From the IMG/VR virus record IMGVR_UViG_3300037483_000247, positions 1 to 63,937 of that record: DNA of 63,937 nt, one strand, 5' to 3'. The translations under genes and the position numbers were made by a program. The stretch comes from a virus (taxonomy: Duplodnaviria; Caudoviricetes). Positions 1-8,512 of the stretch are shown here, piece after piece; the first letter of the stretch is position 1; the number at the start of each line of letters is the position of its first letter. Below the pieces are notes generated by a model. The model ran no database searches. It had not been told where the DNA came from and worked only from the letters and a program-made list of their open reading frames with translations.

Positions 1-220
1 CGGCCCTCGCGGCACTCGCGGCACTCTCGGCCCTCGCGGCACTCGCGGCACTCGCGGCACTCGCGTCCCACGCGTCCCACGCGGCACTCGCGGCACTCGC
101 GGCACTCTCGGCCCTCGCGGCACTCGCGGCCCTCGCGGCCCTCGCGGCACTCGCGTCCCACGCGGCCCTCGCGGCCCTCGCGGCACTCGCGGCACTCTCG
201 GCACTCTCGGCCCTCGCGGC
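1..220. repeat. Coding 9-bp tandem repeat (CGGCACTCG/CGGCCCTCG/CGTCCCACG variants); bases 6-78 are identical to the last 73 bases of the window
   Basis: Direct inspection of both ends. Confidence 0.9.
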
Positions 221-598
221 ATCGTCGCCGGTCATCAAAAAATCACAAACCACGTCAGGCGCGTCCCATAAATGGATTACCGACAATGCGCTTTGCCGCG
301 CAAAGTACCGCAGGAGTTCGGTTGCGTCCATCCGCGCGATGATCTTGCGCTGTGAGCAAATGCCCTTATTTTCTCCAGTCGGCTCCATAATCGTGCCGCC
401 AATTTCGACCAAGCACAGCGTAGCTCCGGGCGCGTATTCAAGCGCATCAAACGGATTGCGCGAAAAGTGCAGACCCGATTCGCACATTTTAAGCGGGCCA
501 ATATATTTCAGCCATTTGCCATCGGGCGGAATGGGCGAGCCGTCGCGCAGGGTTGCGCCGACGAAATGCCATGCAAGCTGCGGTTTCTTTTTCATCAT
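1..598 (-). CDS. N-terminal part of a phage protein ([12 protein letters not shown]...[20 protein letters not shown]...) with an Ala-rich low-complexity repeat; continues across the contig junction
   Basis: Translated by hand, absent from the ORF track because it runs off the end. ATG at 598/595 after AGAAAGG; open to base 1 and reading ...[29 protein letters not shown]. Confidence 0.8.
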   Translation of the reverse strand, partial: MMKKKPQLAWHFVGATLRDGSPIPPDGKWLKYIGPLKMCESGLHFSRNPFDALEYAPGATLCLVEIGGTIMEPTGENKGICSQRKIIARMDATELLRYFARQSALSVIHLWDAPDVVCDFLMTGDDAARAESAESAASAARAARAAWDASAARAARAASAARAESAASAASAAWDAWDASAASAASAARAESAASAARA

Positions 599-657
599 GT
601 CCTTTCTGCCGCCAGTTGCCCGGCGGCGGGTTGCGATTAGATTGGCGAATACTGCGC

Positions 658-1962
658 TTATAGATTCGATTCCGATGCCCGGATGTAGTCGATCACCGCC
701 TCGCTCCATCCGTCGATGTGCGTCCACGCGCCATAGCCGACACCGTTCTTGTTGCTGGCGACGTTGAGGACATAGCCTTTACCTTGTGGGTCGCAGATAC
801 CGTCAGCCGCCTGCTCGTCAGTTATGACGATGATGCGATCATATTTCGTGTTAGCGTGAATAGCATTCAAAGCACCACGCAGTTCGGTGCCGCCGTGTTG
901 CTGGCTGCCATTCATTGCATCACGCAAAGCGAATCCACGACGCGGGGCAACCTGCACAACTGCATTGCTGAATGTATAGATATTCACGGACTCACAGATT
1001 TCGCGCAGCAATACGCCAAGGCCGAATCCTGCGTCCATACGAGACGCCTGCGACTTGCCGGATACCTTGTCTACCATTGAACCCGACACGTCCATGAGCA
1101 GCGTGGTATGACCAGAGAGTTTTTCCTGCGACCCGAGACACTTGAACATCAGCGGTTCGAGTATATCCTCCCACTGTGGCACGAATCGTGCGGCAGTGAT
1201 GAAACGAAACGGCAACGCGCGCTCAACGTTCAGCTCGGCGGCATAGGCGGCGACCGTGGCTTTATCAACACCCGCCTCTTGCATGTTTCGCAGATTACGA
1301 ATGAAGGCGAGCGCGAAGAGTTTCTTTTCTGCCATCAGGCGCGTGAATGCTTCTTTCTTGCCGGCGCCACCGGACAGCGCGACTTCCCACGTATCCGGCG
1401 TAACGAGTTGTCCATCAACCAATCGTTTCCAGACGGCGGCTTGAGCGTCGTCCTTGGGCTTGGCATGAGACAGGAATAGCACGTCACGTAACTTGATCGC
1501 GCCGTTGCGGTTGTACTTGGCGAGATTGTATTCGTCGAAGCGAGGAAACGCTGCGGCCAGTCCTTTTTTGACTTGGGCCGAGACTTTGCAGCGGCCATCT
1601 TTCCAGTAGATCGAAAGGAACTCACTCAACTCGTCGGCGCGTTGGATGATCTGCGGCAGCACCGCGGCAACCAATCCTTTGTGCTTCGGCAGTCGCGCCA
1701 TTTCTCTGGCAATCAGCAGCGGCACATGGCGCAGCTTCATTTTCGTACGCGCCTCGATAGCGATGGCCGCGACTTTTTCCGGTTCGACCAGAGCGATGGT
1801 TTCGGCGATGCGTTTTGCTATCGACTCGCCATCTTCATAATGTTCGTCCTCATACAATAAGCACGAAAGAACCGAACGCCGAAGCCGTTGCTCAGGATTT
1901 ATGCGTTGCGCTATTGCGCCCTCATGCGTTTTTATAGAAACACGAGCAACGTTGGTTTTCAT
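658..1962 (-). CDS. rsr: Ro60/Rsr-like TROVE-domain RNA-binding protein with C-terminal vWA domain
   Basis: THEGA N-terminus, LRHVPL, YNLAKY, PDTWEVALS, ALPFRF, vWA MIDAS DVSGSM, GGT and ITDEQ; 434 aa. Confidence 0.92.
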   Translation of the reverse strand: MKTNVARVSIKTHEGAIAQRINPEQRLRRSVLSCLLYEDEHYEDGESIAKRIAETIALVEPEKVAAIAIEARTKMKLRHVPLLIAREMARLPKHKGLVAAVLPQIIQRADELSEFLSIYWKDGRCKVSAQVKKGLAAAFPRFDEYNLAKYNRNGAIKLRDVLFLSHAKPKDDAQAAVWKRLVDGQLVTPDTWEVALSGGAGKKEAFTRLMAEKKLFALAFIRNLRNMQEAGVDKATVAAYAAELNVERALPFRFITAARFVPQWEDILEPLMFKCLGSQEKLSGHTTLLMDVSGSMVDKVSGKSQASRMDAGFGLGVLLREICESVNIYTFSNAVVQVAPRRGFALRDAMNGSQQHGGTELRGALNAIHANTKYDRIIVITDEQAADGICDPQGKGYVLNVASNKNGVGYGAWTHIDGWSEAVIDYIRASESNL

Positions 1963-2090
1963 CTTGATTTCTCCAAATATTTAATTGCGGCCTTCAGGGT
2001 GCTTATGCTGTCCTTGGCATTACCAAGCATCGTATTGCAATTCGTACAAAGCAGTCCACGAACAATCGTTTTTGTATGACAATGAAACCA
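1959..2090 (-). pseudogene. C-terminal remnant of an endonuclease VII-type HNH nuclease
   Basis: HCHTKTIVRGLLCTNCNTMLG..D....L..AIKYL matches the EndoVII C-terminal motif; the N-terminal CxxC half is missing and the upstream frame runs into the RNA hairpin. Confidence 0.65.
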
Positions 2091-2114
2091 CCCCCATCTT
2101 CGGTTAAAGGGTTT

Positions 2115-2177
2115 GCGGGGAACAGACGAATACGAGGATTTATCTCCCGAAGATGAACTCGCATCCTTCGCCACCGC
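2115..2177 (-). ncRNA. Y-RNA-like unit 3 (63 nt)
   Basis: GCGG-U-GGCGAAG...CGUCUGUUCC-CCGC; inner stem GGAUGCGAG/CUCGUAUUC; GNCGAAG motif; next to Ro60. Confidence 0.75.
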
Positions 2178-2192
2178 ATTTCAAATTACTAA

Positions 2193-2269
2193 GCCGGGAA
2201 TAAGCTGCTGCTGAGGTGTCCCTTTCGGGACTTCTTATCAAGAGAAGTATCAGCAACATTCGCCACGGC
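2193..2269 (-). ncRNA. Y-RNA-like unit 2 (77 nt)
   Basis: GCCG-U-GGCGAAUG...GCUUAUUCC-CGGC; stem UGUUGCUGA/UCAGCAGCA; inner hairpins CUUCU/AGAAG and UCCC-GAAA-GGGA. Confidence 0.75.
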
Positions 2270-2282
2270 AATTCAAACTCAG

Positions 2283-2344
2283 GGCGGGAACAAACGATTA
2301 AGGGCTTCTAATTTAGTGGATGAAACCCTCATCTTCGCCACGCC
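2283..2344 (-). ncRNA. Y-RNA-like unit 1 (62 nt)
   Basis: GGCG-U-GGCGAAG...CGUUUGUUCC-CGCC; stem GAGGGUUUC/GAAGCCCUU; starts 8 nt downstream of a -10 box. Confidence 0.75.
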
Positions 2345-2352
2345 ACAAACGC

Positions 2353-2381
2353 ATAGTTTCATATCCGCAAAGGATTGTCAA
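2353..2381 (-). promoter_or_regulatory. Leftward sigma70 promoter for the Y-RNA/Ro60/recombination operon
   Basis: TTGACA (2381-2376), 17 nt spacer ending TGA, AACTAT (2358-2353). Confidence 0.7.
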
Positions 2382-2411
2382 GCCCCTTTACACATGCCCA
2401 GGTTAAGCCGC

Positions 2412-2442
2412 TTGACAGCCTGCCGCCTTTATGCTTTATAAT
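2412..2442 (+). promoter_or_regulatory. Rightward sigma70 promoter, probably giving a leaderless mRNA
   Basis: TTGACA 2412-2417, TATAAT 2437-2442 (19-nt spacer), ATG at 2450 with no SD. Confidence 0.6.
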
Positions 2443-2449
2443 CCGGCCC

Positions 2450-2614
2450 ATGAACTACAAACAGCGATTAGAAGCGTGCCGGAAAAGGGATGAAAAAATA
2501 CGCCTCCTGCGCCGCACCGGCTGGAAAGTCAAACGGCTTGCCAGGCGTTACGGTATCACCAAGCAACGGGTAAGCCAGATCGTGAACGGCAAGGCGGCGA
2601 GGGCCAGCAAATGA
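2450..2614 (+). CDS. Small HTH DNA-binding protein (Cro/Mor-like)
   Basis: GWKVKRLARRYGITKQRVSQIV HTH pattern; first gene after the divergent promoter. Confidence 0.7.
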   Translation: MNYKQRLEACRKRDEKIRLLRRTGWKVKRLARRYGITKQRVSQIVNGKAARASK

Positions 2615-2976
2615 GCGACCTGACCATCAATATCGACATGGACAAGAAATGCGACAGGTGCGGGAAGCCTGGCGCTACGGATGCCGGTATGTGTTTGAAA
2701 TGCGCGACCAAGTTAATCACCGGAGACACCATGAAAAACGATGTAATCGACCTGACATTGATTGGCAGAAGGCTCGAACATCTGGACGGACTTTGCCGCG
2801 TCAAGCGCGCAGCTGCAGATGATTTCCGCGAAGCCTGTAAGGCAATTGGCCAAGAGGCGCGCGTCGACGCAAACGTGTTGAGCAAGTTCATCACAGCTCG
2901 AATTGCCGAGACGAGCGACAAAGCATCGAAGTCCGCCGAGCAATTGTCGCTATTGTTTACCGAGGTCGGGTTGTGA
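2611..2976 (+). CDS. Hypothetical protein: N-terminal CxxC..CxxC, C-terminal GapR/DsbA-like coiled DNA-binding region
   Basis: ATGA coupling; helical pattern resembling DUF2312 (weak). Confidence 0.45.
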   Translation: MSDLTINIDMDKKCDRCGKPGATDAGMCLKCATKLITGDTMKNDVIDLTLIGRRLEHLDGLCRVKRAAADDFREACKAIGQEARVDANVLSKFITARIAETSDKASKSAEQLSLLFTEVGL

Positions 2977-3194
2977 AATCCAAGCACCTCCGGCTCTATG
3001 AGAATCTCAACTACGGGCCGATGCCAACCCAGTTCGAGATCGACGCAATCGAACGAGAAATGCGCGGCATGATCCGCGCCAAGACTAATCGTGAAGCCGT
3101 CAATGCGCTCGGCGGACTCTGGATATGGGATAACGACCAGCAGGCGATTGCCTTCGTGGTCAAAGCGCGCAAAATGTGGGCGAGGATGAAATGA
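2973..3194 (+). CDS. Hypothetical protein
   Basis: GTGA overlap within the operon. Confidence 0.55.
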   Translation: MKSKHLRLYENLNYGPMPTQFEIDAIEREMRGMIRAKTNREAVNALGGLWIWDNDQQAIAFVVKARKMWARMK

Positions 3195-3309
3195 GCAGCG
3201 GACATATAGCGAGAGTCCAGCATGAGGCCAGCCATCACGGAGCCGGGCAACAGTGCAATCAATCGCGCTATTGGCAGGCCGGAATAGACGGCCATGAATT
3301 GGCGCGCAA

Positions 3310-3504
3310 ATGACCTGCCAGTGCCGCATCTGTCGGCTCATACGGAGAATTGAGCCGCTGCTGGAAAAAGCGAACACTGATGAGCGTGCGGCGATCCAGG
3401 AATTGCTGCTGGATTGGGAATATCACGCAACGGAATCCGCTTATTGGCGGATGAAACATTTTGGAACATGGCCTGGCATAATTACGGAGGACGGCAGGAA
3501 GTGA
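3310..3504 (+). CDS. Hypothetical protein
   Basis: Coupled ORF in the operon. Confidence 0.5.
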   Translation: MTCQCRICRLIRRIEPLLEKANTDERAAIQELLLDWEYHATESAYWRMKHFGTWPGIITEDGRK

Positions 3505-3713
3505 TCGACTGGAACGAAATCGAGACGCGCGTCAACGATACGCGCATCTTCTATCATCCTGATTGTGATTGTACGATCAAGGTGTCCACATTGCGGACGC
3601 TGCTCGCGTTGCGGAAAGAGGTTGAGATCATAGCGGCGGAGAGCACATTACCGGATGGCGATGGTGTGAACATGCCTACCCTGTTGTGGGCTGAGAGTTG
3701 GGCGCGCAAATGA
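3501..3713 (+). CDS. Hypothetical protein
   Basis: GTG start overlapping the previous stop, SD AGGA. Confidence 0.45.
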   Translation: MIDWNEIETRVNDTRIFYHPDCDCTIKVSTLRTLLALRKEVEIIAAESTLPDGDGVNMPTLLWAESWARK

Positions 3714-3867
3714 AACTCTTGATTGAAATAACCTACGAGATTGACGGTGTGCCGCCAGACGTAGGCATGCTCTACATGAGCAAAATCCCCGCATGTATCG
3801 TGAGTGAGGATGAAGATGGAACTGAAGGATGGGCGTTGCTCACCTCGAGCGTGCAGGTGATCGAGCA

Positions 3868-4083
3868 ATGACACCCTCCCAGATTCAGGAACTCCGCTAT
3901 TACGCCCGTCGCGTGCTGTCCGAGCGGCACGAACGCGAGGGAAAATGTATGAGCAAGACAGCTTATGCAAGCCGGTCAGATGCAGAACGAGCAATGCGGA
4001 GAGTGACCAGGCGGGCGGGCGTTGAGGCGTTTCGCTGCGCATATTGCAATCAGTGGCACTTGGGCGCGAGGGGTGTGCGGTGA
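3868..4083 (+). CDS. Small Zn-binding protein (C..K..Y...A.....F.C..C..WHL)
   Basis: Common phage motif FRCAYCNQWHLG. Confidence 0.6.
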   Translation: MTPSQIQELRYYARRVLSERHEREGKCMSKTAYASRSDAERAMRRVTRRAGVEAFRCAYCNQWHLGARGVR

Positions 4084-5513
4084 ATTATTCTGATTTTATT
4101 GATCGTAAATCCCAATCCGGCGCGAGGGATGGATTTGAACCGATTTGGATGCCGGATTTTCTATTCGACTTTCAGCGCGCGCTTGTTGATTGGTCGTTGC
4201 GGAAAGGGAAGTCTGCGATCTTCGCAGACTGCGGACTGGGCAAGACTCCAATGCAGCTTGTATGGGCTGAAAATGTTGTGAGAAAAACGAACAAGCCGGT
4301 GCTGATCTTGACGCCGCTTGCTGTCGGTCCACAGACGCTTGGCGAAGCCGCGAAGTTCGATATCGAAGCGCATCGTTCACGCGAAGGCGAAGTTAACCCT
4401 GGCATCAATATCACGAATTACGAACGATTGCATTATTTCAGGCCGGATGATTTCGGCGGCGTAGTCTGTGACGAAAGTTCGATCCTCAAACATTTTACCG
4501 GCGTGACGCAAAAAGAAGTCACTCGATTCATGGCGAAAGTTCCCTACCGATTGCTATGTACGGCAACCGCAGCCCCAAATGATTATTACGAACTTGGAAC
4601 GTCGAGCGAAGCGTTAGGCGCATTGGGATACAGCGATATGCTCGCACGGTTTTTCATGCAGGACGATAAAAAGAAAAGCCGCATGAATGAGGTTAAGCTG
4701 GCGCGCGAATTCCGGTCTGGATCGCATTATCAGAAGCTCGCTTACCGCGTTTCCCAACAGATAGGACAATGGCGATTGAAGGGCCATGCTGAATTGCCAT
4801 TCTGGCAATGGGTTTGCTCATGGGCTATGGCGTGCCGCAAGCCGTCTGATCTCGGTTTCGACGATTCGAATTTTATTCTGCCGCCGCTAAATGTGCGCGA
4901 CCATATCATCACGCCACAACGACCGGCAGACGGAATGTTGTTTACCGTGCCAGCATTTGGGCTTAAGGAAGAACGTGACGAACGCAGGCGCACGCTTGAG
5001 GAACGCGCTGATCTGGCGGCGAGTCTGACCGCGCACGGACGGCAGGCTATAGTTTGGTGCCACCTCAACAGTGAGGGTGACATTCTCGAAGAAACAATTC
5101 CCGGTGCCGTGCAAGTCGCTGGCGCTAATTCCGATGAGGAAAAAGAGGAAGCGTATACGGCATTCAGCGAGGGCAAAATTCGCGTGCTGGTAATCAAGCC
5201 AAAGATAGGTGCATGGGGAATGAACTGGCAGAACTGTTCTCATGTCGTGACTTTTGCCTCGCACAGCTATGAGCAATATTACCAGTCAATTCGTCGCTGC
5301 TGGCGTTTCGGGCAAAAATTTCCGGTGACTGTAGATATTATTTCCACCGAAGGCGAAGTCCATGTCAGAGAAAGCATGATTCGCAAAAGTGAAGCTGCCG
5401 ACCAAATGTTTGAGCATCTTGTAGCCAATATGAATAACGCGACGCACATCACGCGTGCCGAATATCACAAACAACCGGAGATGCCAAAATGGCTATTGCA
5501 GAACAGTGCGTGA
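4080..5513 (+). CDS. SNF2/SF2-family helicase
   Basis: ADCGLGKT Walker A, DESS motif II, TATAAPND, QSIRRCWRFGQ motif VI. Confidence 0.88.
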   Translation: MNYSDFIDRKSQSGARDGFEPIWMPDFLFDFQRALVDWSLRKGKSAIFADCGLGKTPMQLVWAENVVRKTNKPVLILTPLAVGPQTLGEAAKFDIEAHRSREGEVNPGINITNYERLHYFRPDDFGGVVCDESSILKHFTGVTQKEVTRFMAKVPYRLLCTATAAPNDYYELGTSSEALGALGYSDMLARFFMQDDKKKSRMNEVKLAREFRSGSHYQKLAYRVSQQIGQWRLKGHAELPFWQWVCSWAMACRKPSDLGFDDSNFILPPLNVRDHIITPQRPADGMLFTVPAFGLKEERDERRRTLEERADLAASLTAHGRQAIVWCHLNSEGDILEETIPGAVQVAGANSDEEKEEAYTAFSEGKIRVLVIKPKIGAWGMNWQNCSHVVTFASHSYEQYYQSIRRCWRFGQKFPVTVDIISTEGEVHVRESMIRKSEAADQMFEHLVANMNNATHITRAEYHKQPEMPKWLLQNSA

Positions 5514-6487
5514 CTGATCGCTATGCGATTTACTTGGGTGACTGTATGGAGGTCATGCCGACATTCCCGGATGGGGCTATTGATATGTCGATCTACTCCC
5601 CTCCGTTTGCCGGACTATATCAATACAGTTCGAGCGAGCGCGACCTGTCGAATTGCATCGACCGCGATGAGTTTTTCCAACACTACGAGTTCGTAGTGCG
5701 CGAGATTCACCGGCTGACTAAACCTGGCCGCATCAGCGCAGTTCATTGCACCGATATACCTACTGGAAACTCGGGACTAGATCACCTGACCGACCTGCCC
5801 GGAGAAATAATCCGCTTGCATGAGAAATGCGGGTTTCATTTCATCGCGCGTTACCATGTTTGGAAAGAGCCGCTGCTGGTTCGCAACCGCACGATGACGA
5901 AGAGCCTTTCGCACAAAAGCATTACGCTTGATTCGACGCGGCACAGTATTGCCAACGCAGATCAACTCGTGATATTCCGGCGCAGTGGAGCCAATACAAT
6001 CCCGGTCACGCACCTGGAAGGGTTGACGGAATACGCAGGTTCGCGCCCGATGCCAGCGGACGCCCGCGATTACCGAAACTGGAAAGGTAGTCAGCTTGAA
6101 AATAAATTCTCACATTGGATTTGGCGGCAATATGCTTCCGCATTTTGGGATGATGTTCGCATCGACCGCGTATTACCGCATCGTGAAGCGAAAGAATTTG
6201 AGGATGACAAGCATGTCCACCCGCTACAACTGGACGTGATAGATCGTGGCCTTGCGCTCTGGTCGAATCCTGGCGAGAATATCCTGACGCCATTTATGGG
6301 GGTAGGTAGCGAAGTCTACGGAGCGATTTGTGCGGGCCGTCGCGGACTTGGCATTGAACTCAAACCGAGTTACTACCGGCAAGCTGAGAAAAATGTCAAA
6401 CTTGCCGTACAAGGTAAGCGCGACGAGGAAAATGATCTGCTGGATTTTGGCGAAGATGATGCAGACAAAACTGCAAAGTTTGCTTGA
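5489..6487 (+). CDS. DNA N4-C/N6-A methyltransferase (beta class)
   Basis: SPPF catalytic motif, then HPLQ and TPFMGVGS SAM-binding motif. Confidence 0.88.
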   Translation: MAIAEQCVTDRYAIYLGDCMEVMPTFPDGAIDMSIYSPPFAGLYQYSSSERDLSNCIDRDEFFQHYEFVVREIHRLTKPGRISAVHCTDIPTGNSGLDHLTDLPGEIIRLHEKCGFHFIARYHVWKEPLLVRNRTMTKSLSHKSITLDSTRHSIANADQLVIFRRSGANTIPVTHLEGLTEYAGSRPMPADARDYRNWKGSQLENKFSHWIWRQYASAFWDDVRIDRVLPHREAKEFEDDKHVHPLQLDVIDRGLALWSNPGENILTPFMGVGSEVYGAICAGRRGLGIELKPSYYRQAEKNVKLAVQGKRDEENDLLDFGEDDADKTAKFA

Positions 6488-6671
6488 ATCATTCTGCAAC
6501 ATCGTTGTGGGTTACCTCGTTGCGCTGATCGCTCAATTGATCGTATTTCCGTTAATGGATATTTCGGTGCGATTGGATCAGAATTTGGCAATCGGCGCAA
6601 TCTTCACGGCAGTATCATTGGTGCGCAGTTACGCGCTTCGGCGAGTTTTTAATTGGGTGCATCGCGCATGA
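6459..6671 (+). CDS. Small two-TM membrane protein typical of phage MTase neighbourhoods
   Basis: MQTKLQSLLES..N...GY...FT.VSLVRSY.LRR.FN. Confidence 0.7.
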   Translation: MQTKLQSLLESFCNIVVGYLVALIAQLIVFPLMDISVRLDQNLAIGAIFTAVSLVRSYALRRVFNWVHRA

Positions 6672-7018
6672 CTCCCGACCGCGCCTACCCTGCCGTGGCC
6701 CAAGCTTTGAGCGGCCGGAGCCTGCCGTTTGCTCAACTGACGGAAGCGGTCAATAATATCCTGCCCGAGCCGGTCACGATCTGGTCATTGCGGAATACTC
6801 TGATCAAAATGCGCCGCTCCGGGCTGATCTGCGTCGTTGGGCAGTCGACGAAAGGAGTCAAGGCGAGGTGGGCGCTGACCGGGAAACCTCTGCCGGGCGG
6901 CATGGTAGTCGGCCGATACTCGCATATCGCGTTGCAGAAGGCACTCTGTAGCCCCGTGGCGCATCACAGGGCACCTCGGGCTAGGCTAGTGCGCCTGCTG
7001 GACGCCAGGAGGGCATGA
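6668..7018 (+). CDS. Putative winged-helix protein
   Basis: ATGA coupling; wHTH-like pattern. Confidence 0.5.
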   Translation: MTPDRAYPAVAQALSGRSLPFAQLTEAVNNILPEPVTIWSLRNTLIKMRRSGLICVVGQSTKGVKARWALTGKPLPGGMVVGRYSHIALQKALCSPVAHHRAPRARLVRLLDARRA

Positions 7019-7455
7019 TGGCTAAAATCAAGCGTATCGAGCCGAGCGAAGCACAGATACAGTCCGCAGTCGTGCAATGGTGGCAGGTTTATGCGCCCAC
7101 CAAGGGACTCGATTCGCGTTTGTTAATTTCAATCCCAAATGGTGCGGTGCTGGCTGGGGATGCTCGCAGCCGCGCGATGCAAATGGCCAAGCTCAAGCGC
7201 ACTGGACTGCAAGTCGGTGTGCCTGACCTGTTCCTCGCGTTGCCAGCCACCTATAGTTACGAGGGGACTGCTGGTATTTTGGTGTTCGCCGGCGCATTCT
7301 TCGAGCTGAAAGCGCGCACCGGCAAAGTTCAGCCGGCACAACGTGAGTATCATGAGTTGCTGCGGAAGATCGGCTACAACGTCGTCACGGTCTACGGAGA
7401 AATTGAGGCGATCCAAGCGCTCAAATCCTACTGTGAGCGGGCGTTAACCCGCTAG
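7015..7455 (+). CDS. VRR-NUC family nuclease (resolvase-like)
   Basis: E..IQ, IPNG, GVPDL, FELKA..GK...Q. Confidence 0.85.
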   Translation: MMAKIKRIEPSEAQIQSAVVQWWQVYAPTKGLDSRLLISIPNGAVLAGDARSRAMQMAKLKRTGLQVGVPDLFLALPATYSYEGTAGILVFAGAFFELKARTGKVQPAQREYHELLRKIGYNVVTVYGEIEAIQALKSYCERALTR

Positions 7456-7602
7456 CCGCCGCACGATCCGTCGCCGCAGTAGCGGATCATTGCGTGAGCC
7501 AGTCAATCGCCGCGATCACCAGCACGTAGACCGCGCACCAGGCAAGCACGGTCCAGTCGTCGCGGTGTGTGCGGAGCCAGCTTTTGTCGGCCCAGTCGCG
7601 CA

Positions 7603-7983
7603 TCATGGTTTGGCGTCGAGGCGCGCGAGCAAAACGCGGGCAGCAGCTGCGCTATCCAGCAGACCTCCAGCTACCAGCGGACTGTTGTCCCGCCCAATCG
7701 CGTTACCGGCACGCTCGCATTCGTCAGCGCACCGGATAAGCGCGTCCCGAAGATCACGCTCAAGCTCATCACGGCCAGCGCCATCTTCCGCAGCGAGCGC
7801 AAGACTTGCCCGCGCGCTTTCGAGTTCCGCCTGCGCGAGTTGAAGCTCATAATGCGTGCGGGTGGCGTTCGGGAGTTTAGCGGCATCGAGCCGCGCCGCG
7901 AGTTTCTCACGCTTGCGTCGGTGCTCGGCAATTATTTCGTTTGCCTTTTCGATATCAATGCTGCTGCCGTCGCTGGCGCTCAT
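7603..7983 (-). CDS. Hypothetical coiled-coil early protein
   Basis: SD GGAG, coupled operon. Confidence 0.6.
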   Translation of the reverse strand: MSASDGSSIDIEKANEIIAEHRRKREKLAARLDAAKLPNATRTHYELQLAQAELESARASLALAAEDGAGRDELERDLRDALIRCADECERAGNAIGRDNSPLVAGGLLDSAAAARVLLARLDAKP

Positions 7984-8192
7984 GATTGTTCTCCAGTTGC
8001 GCGGGTGAGGGCGGCGCGGGCATCGTGCAAGGCGGACACCAGTTCGCCACCATAATCTGGATGATTGACAAGCAGCCCAAGGGCGTCATCGTCCAAGCGG
8101 ATAAATTCTTGCAAAGCCGCGAGCAGCTCGGCGTTAATCGCGCGCAGGCGCTCAATTTCGTCGGCGTTTTCGGTCCAGCTTTTCGTGTTCAT
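7980..8192 (-). CDS. Hypothetical early protein (NAELLAAL...ARAAL..ATG motif)
   Basis: SD AAAGGA; common phage C-terminal motif. Confidence 0.65.
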   Translation of the reverse strand: MNTKSWTENADEIERLRAINAELLAALQEFIRLDDDALGLLVNHPDYGGELVSALHDARAALTRATGEQS

Positions 8193-8512
8193 GATTTTTC
8201 CTTTCGTTTTGCATTGCGTTCGGCCAGAACTCTTGTCTTGACCGCGATACAGTAGGCTGCTCCAATGTCGAGCAGTTCTTCGCGTCGGCAACGCTCAGGA
8301 CGTAGCCCGAGCGTGCCGGCAGGATACACAGTCACGACGATGCGGCGCGGCTTCGGCCGGGGCGTTGTTGCCTCAGTCCGCTTGGTCACCGGCCGCGCGG
8401 CTTTCGCTGCACGGCGCCGGGCACGCTCTTCCGGGGTGAGCGGATCACGCCAATTGGCGCGCAATACGCCCCGTGCGCGATCAGTTATCGTGTGTTTTTT
8501 GAGGTCGGTCAT
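8189..8512 (-). CDS. Hypothetical basic protein
   Basis: ATGA coupling. Confidence 0.55.
   Translation of the reverse strand: MTDLKKHTITDRARGVLRANWRDPLTPEERARRRAAKAARPVTKRTEATTPRPKPRRIVVTVYPAGTLGLRPERCRREELLDIGAAYCIAVKTRVLAERNAKRKEKS

Noticed and set aside
1-220. Terminal 9-bp repeats as a CRISPR array, telomere or terminal repeat
   Set aside because: No unique spacers; the period is a multiple of 3 and lies in frame inside an Ala-rich CDS that spans the junction
1959-2174. 71-aa ORF as an intact gene
   Set aside because: Its first half is a translation of the RNA hairpin; only the last ~40 aa look like protein
2115-2344. Array as a CRISPR or as tRNAs
   Set aside because: The repeats are structural rather than identical, there are no cas genes, and there is no cloverleaf or TTCGA arm
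2556-3377. 273-aa minus-strand ORF
   Set aside because: Overlaps several coupled plus-strand genes; no recognisable domain
4080-6487. Helicase plus MTase as a DISARM, BREX or R-M defence system
   Set aside because: No cognate restriction or accessory genes; this pair is a common phage module
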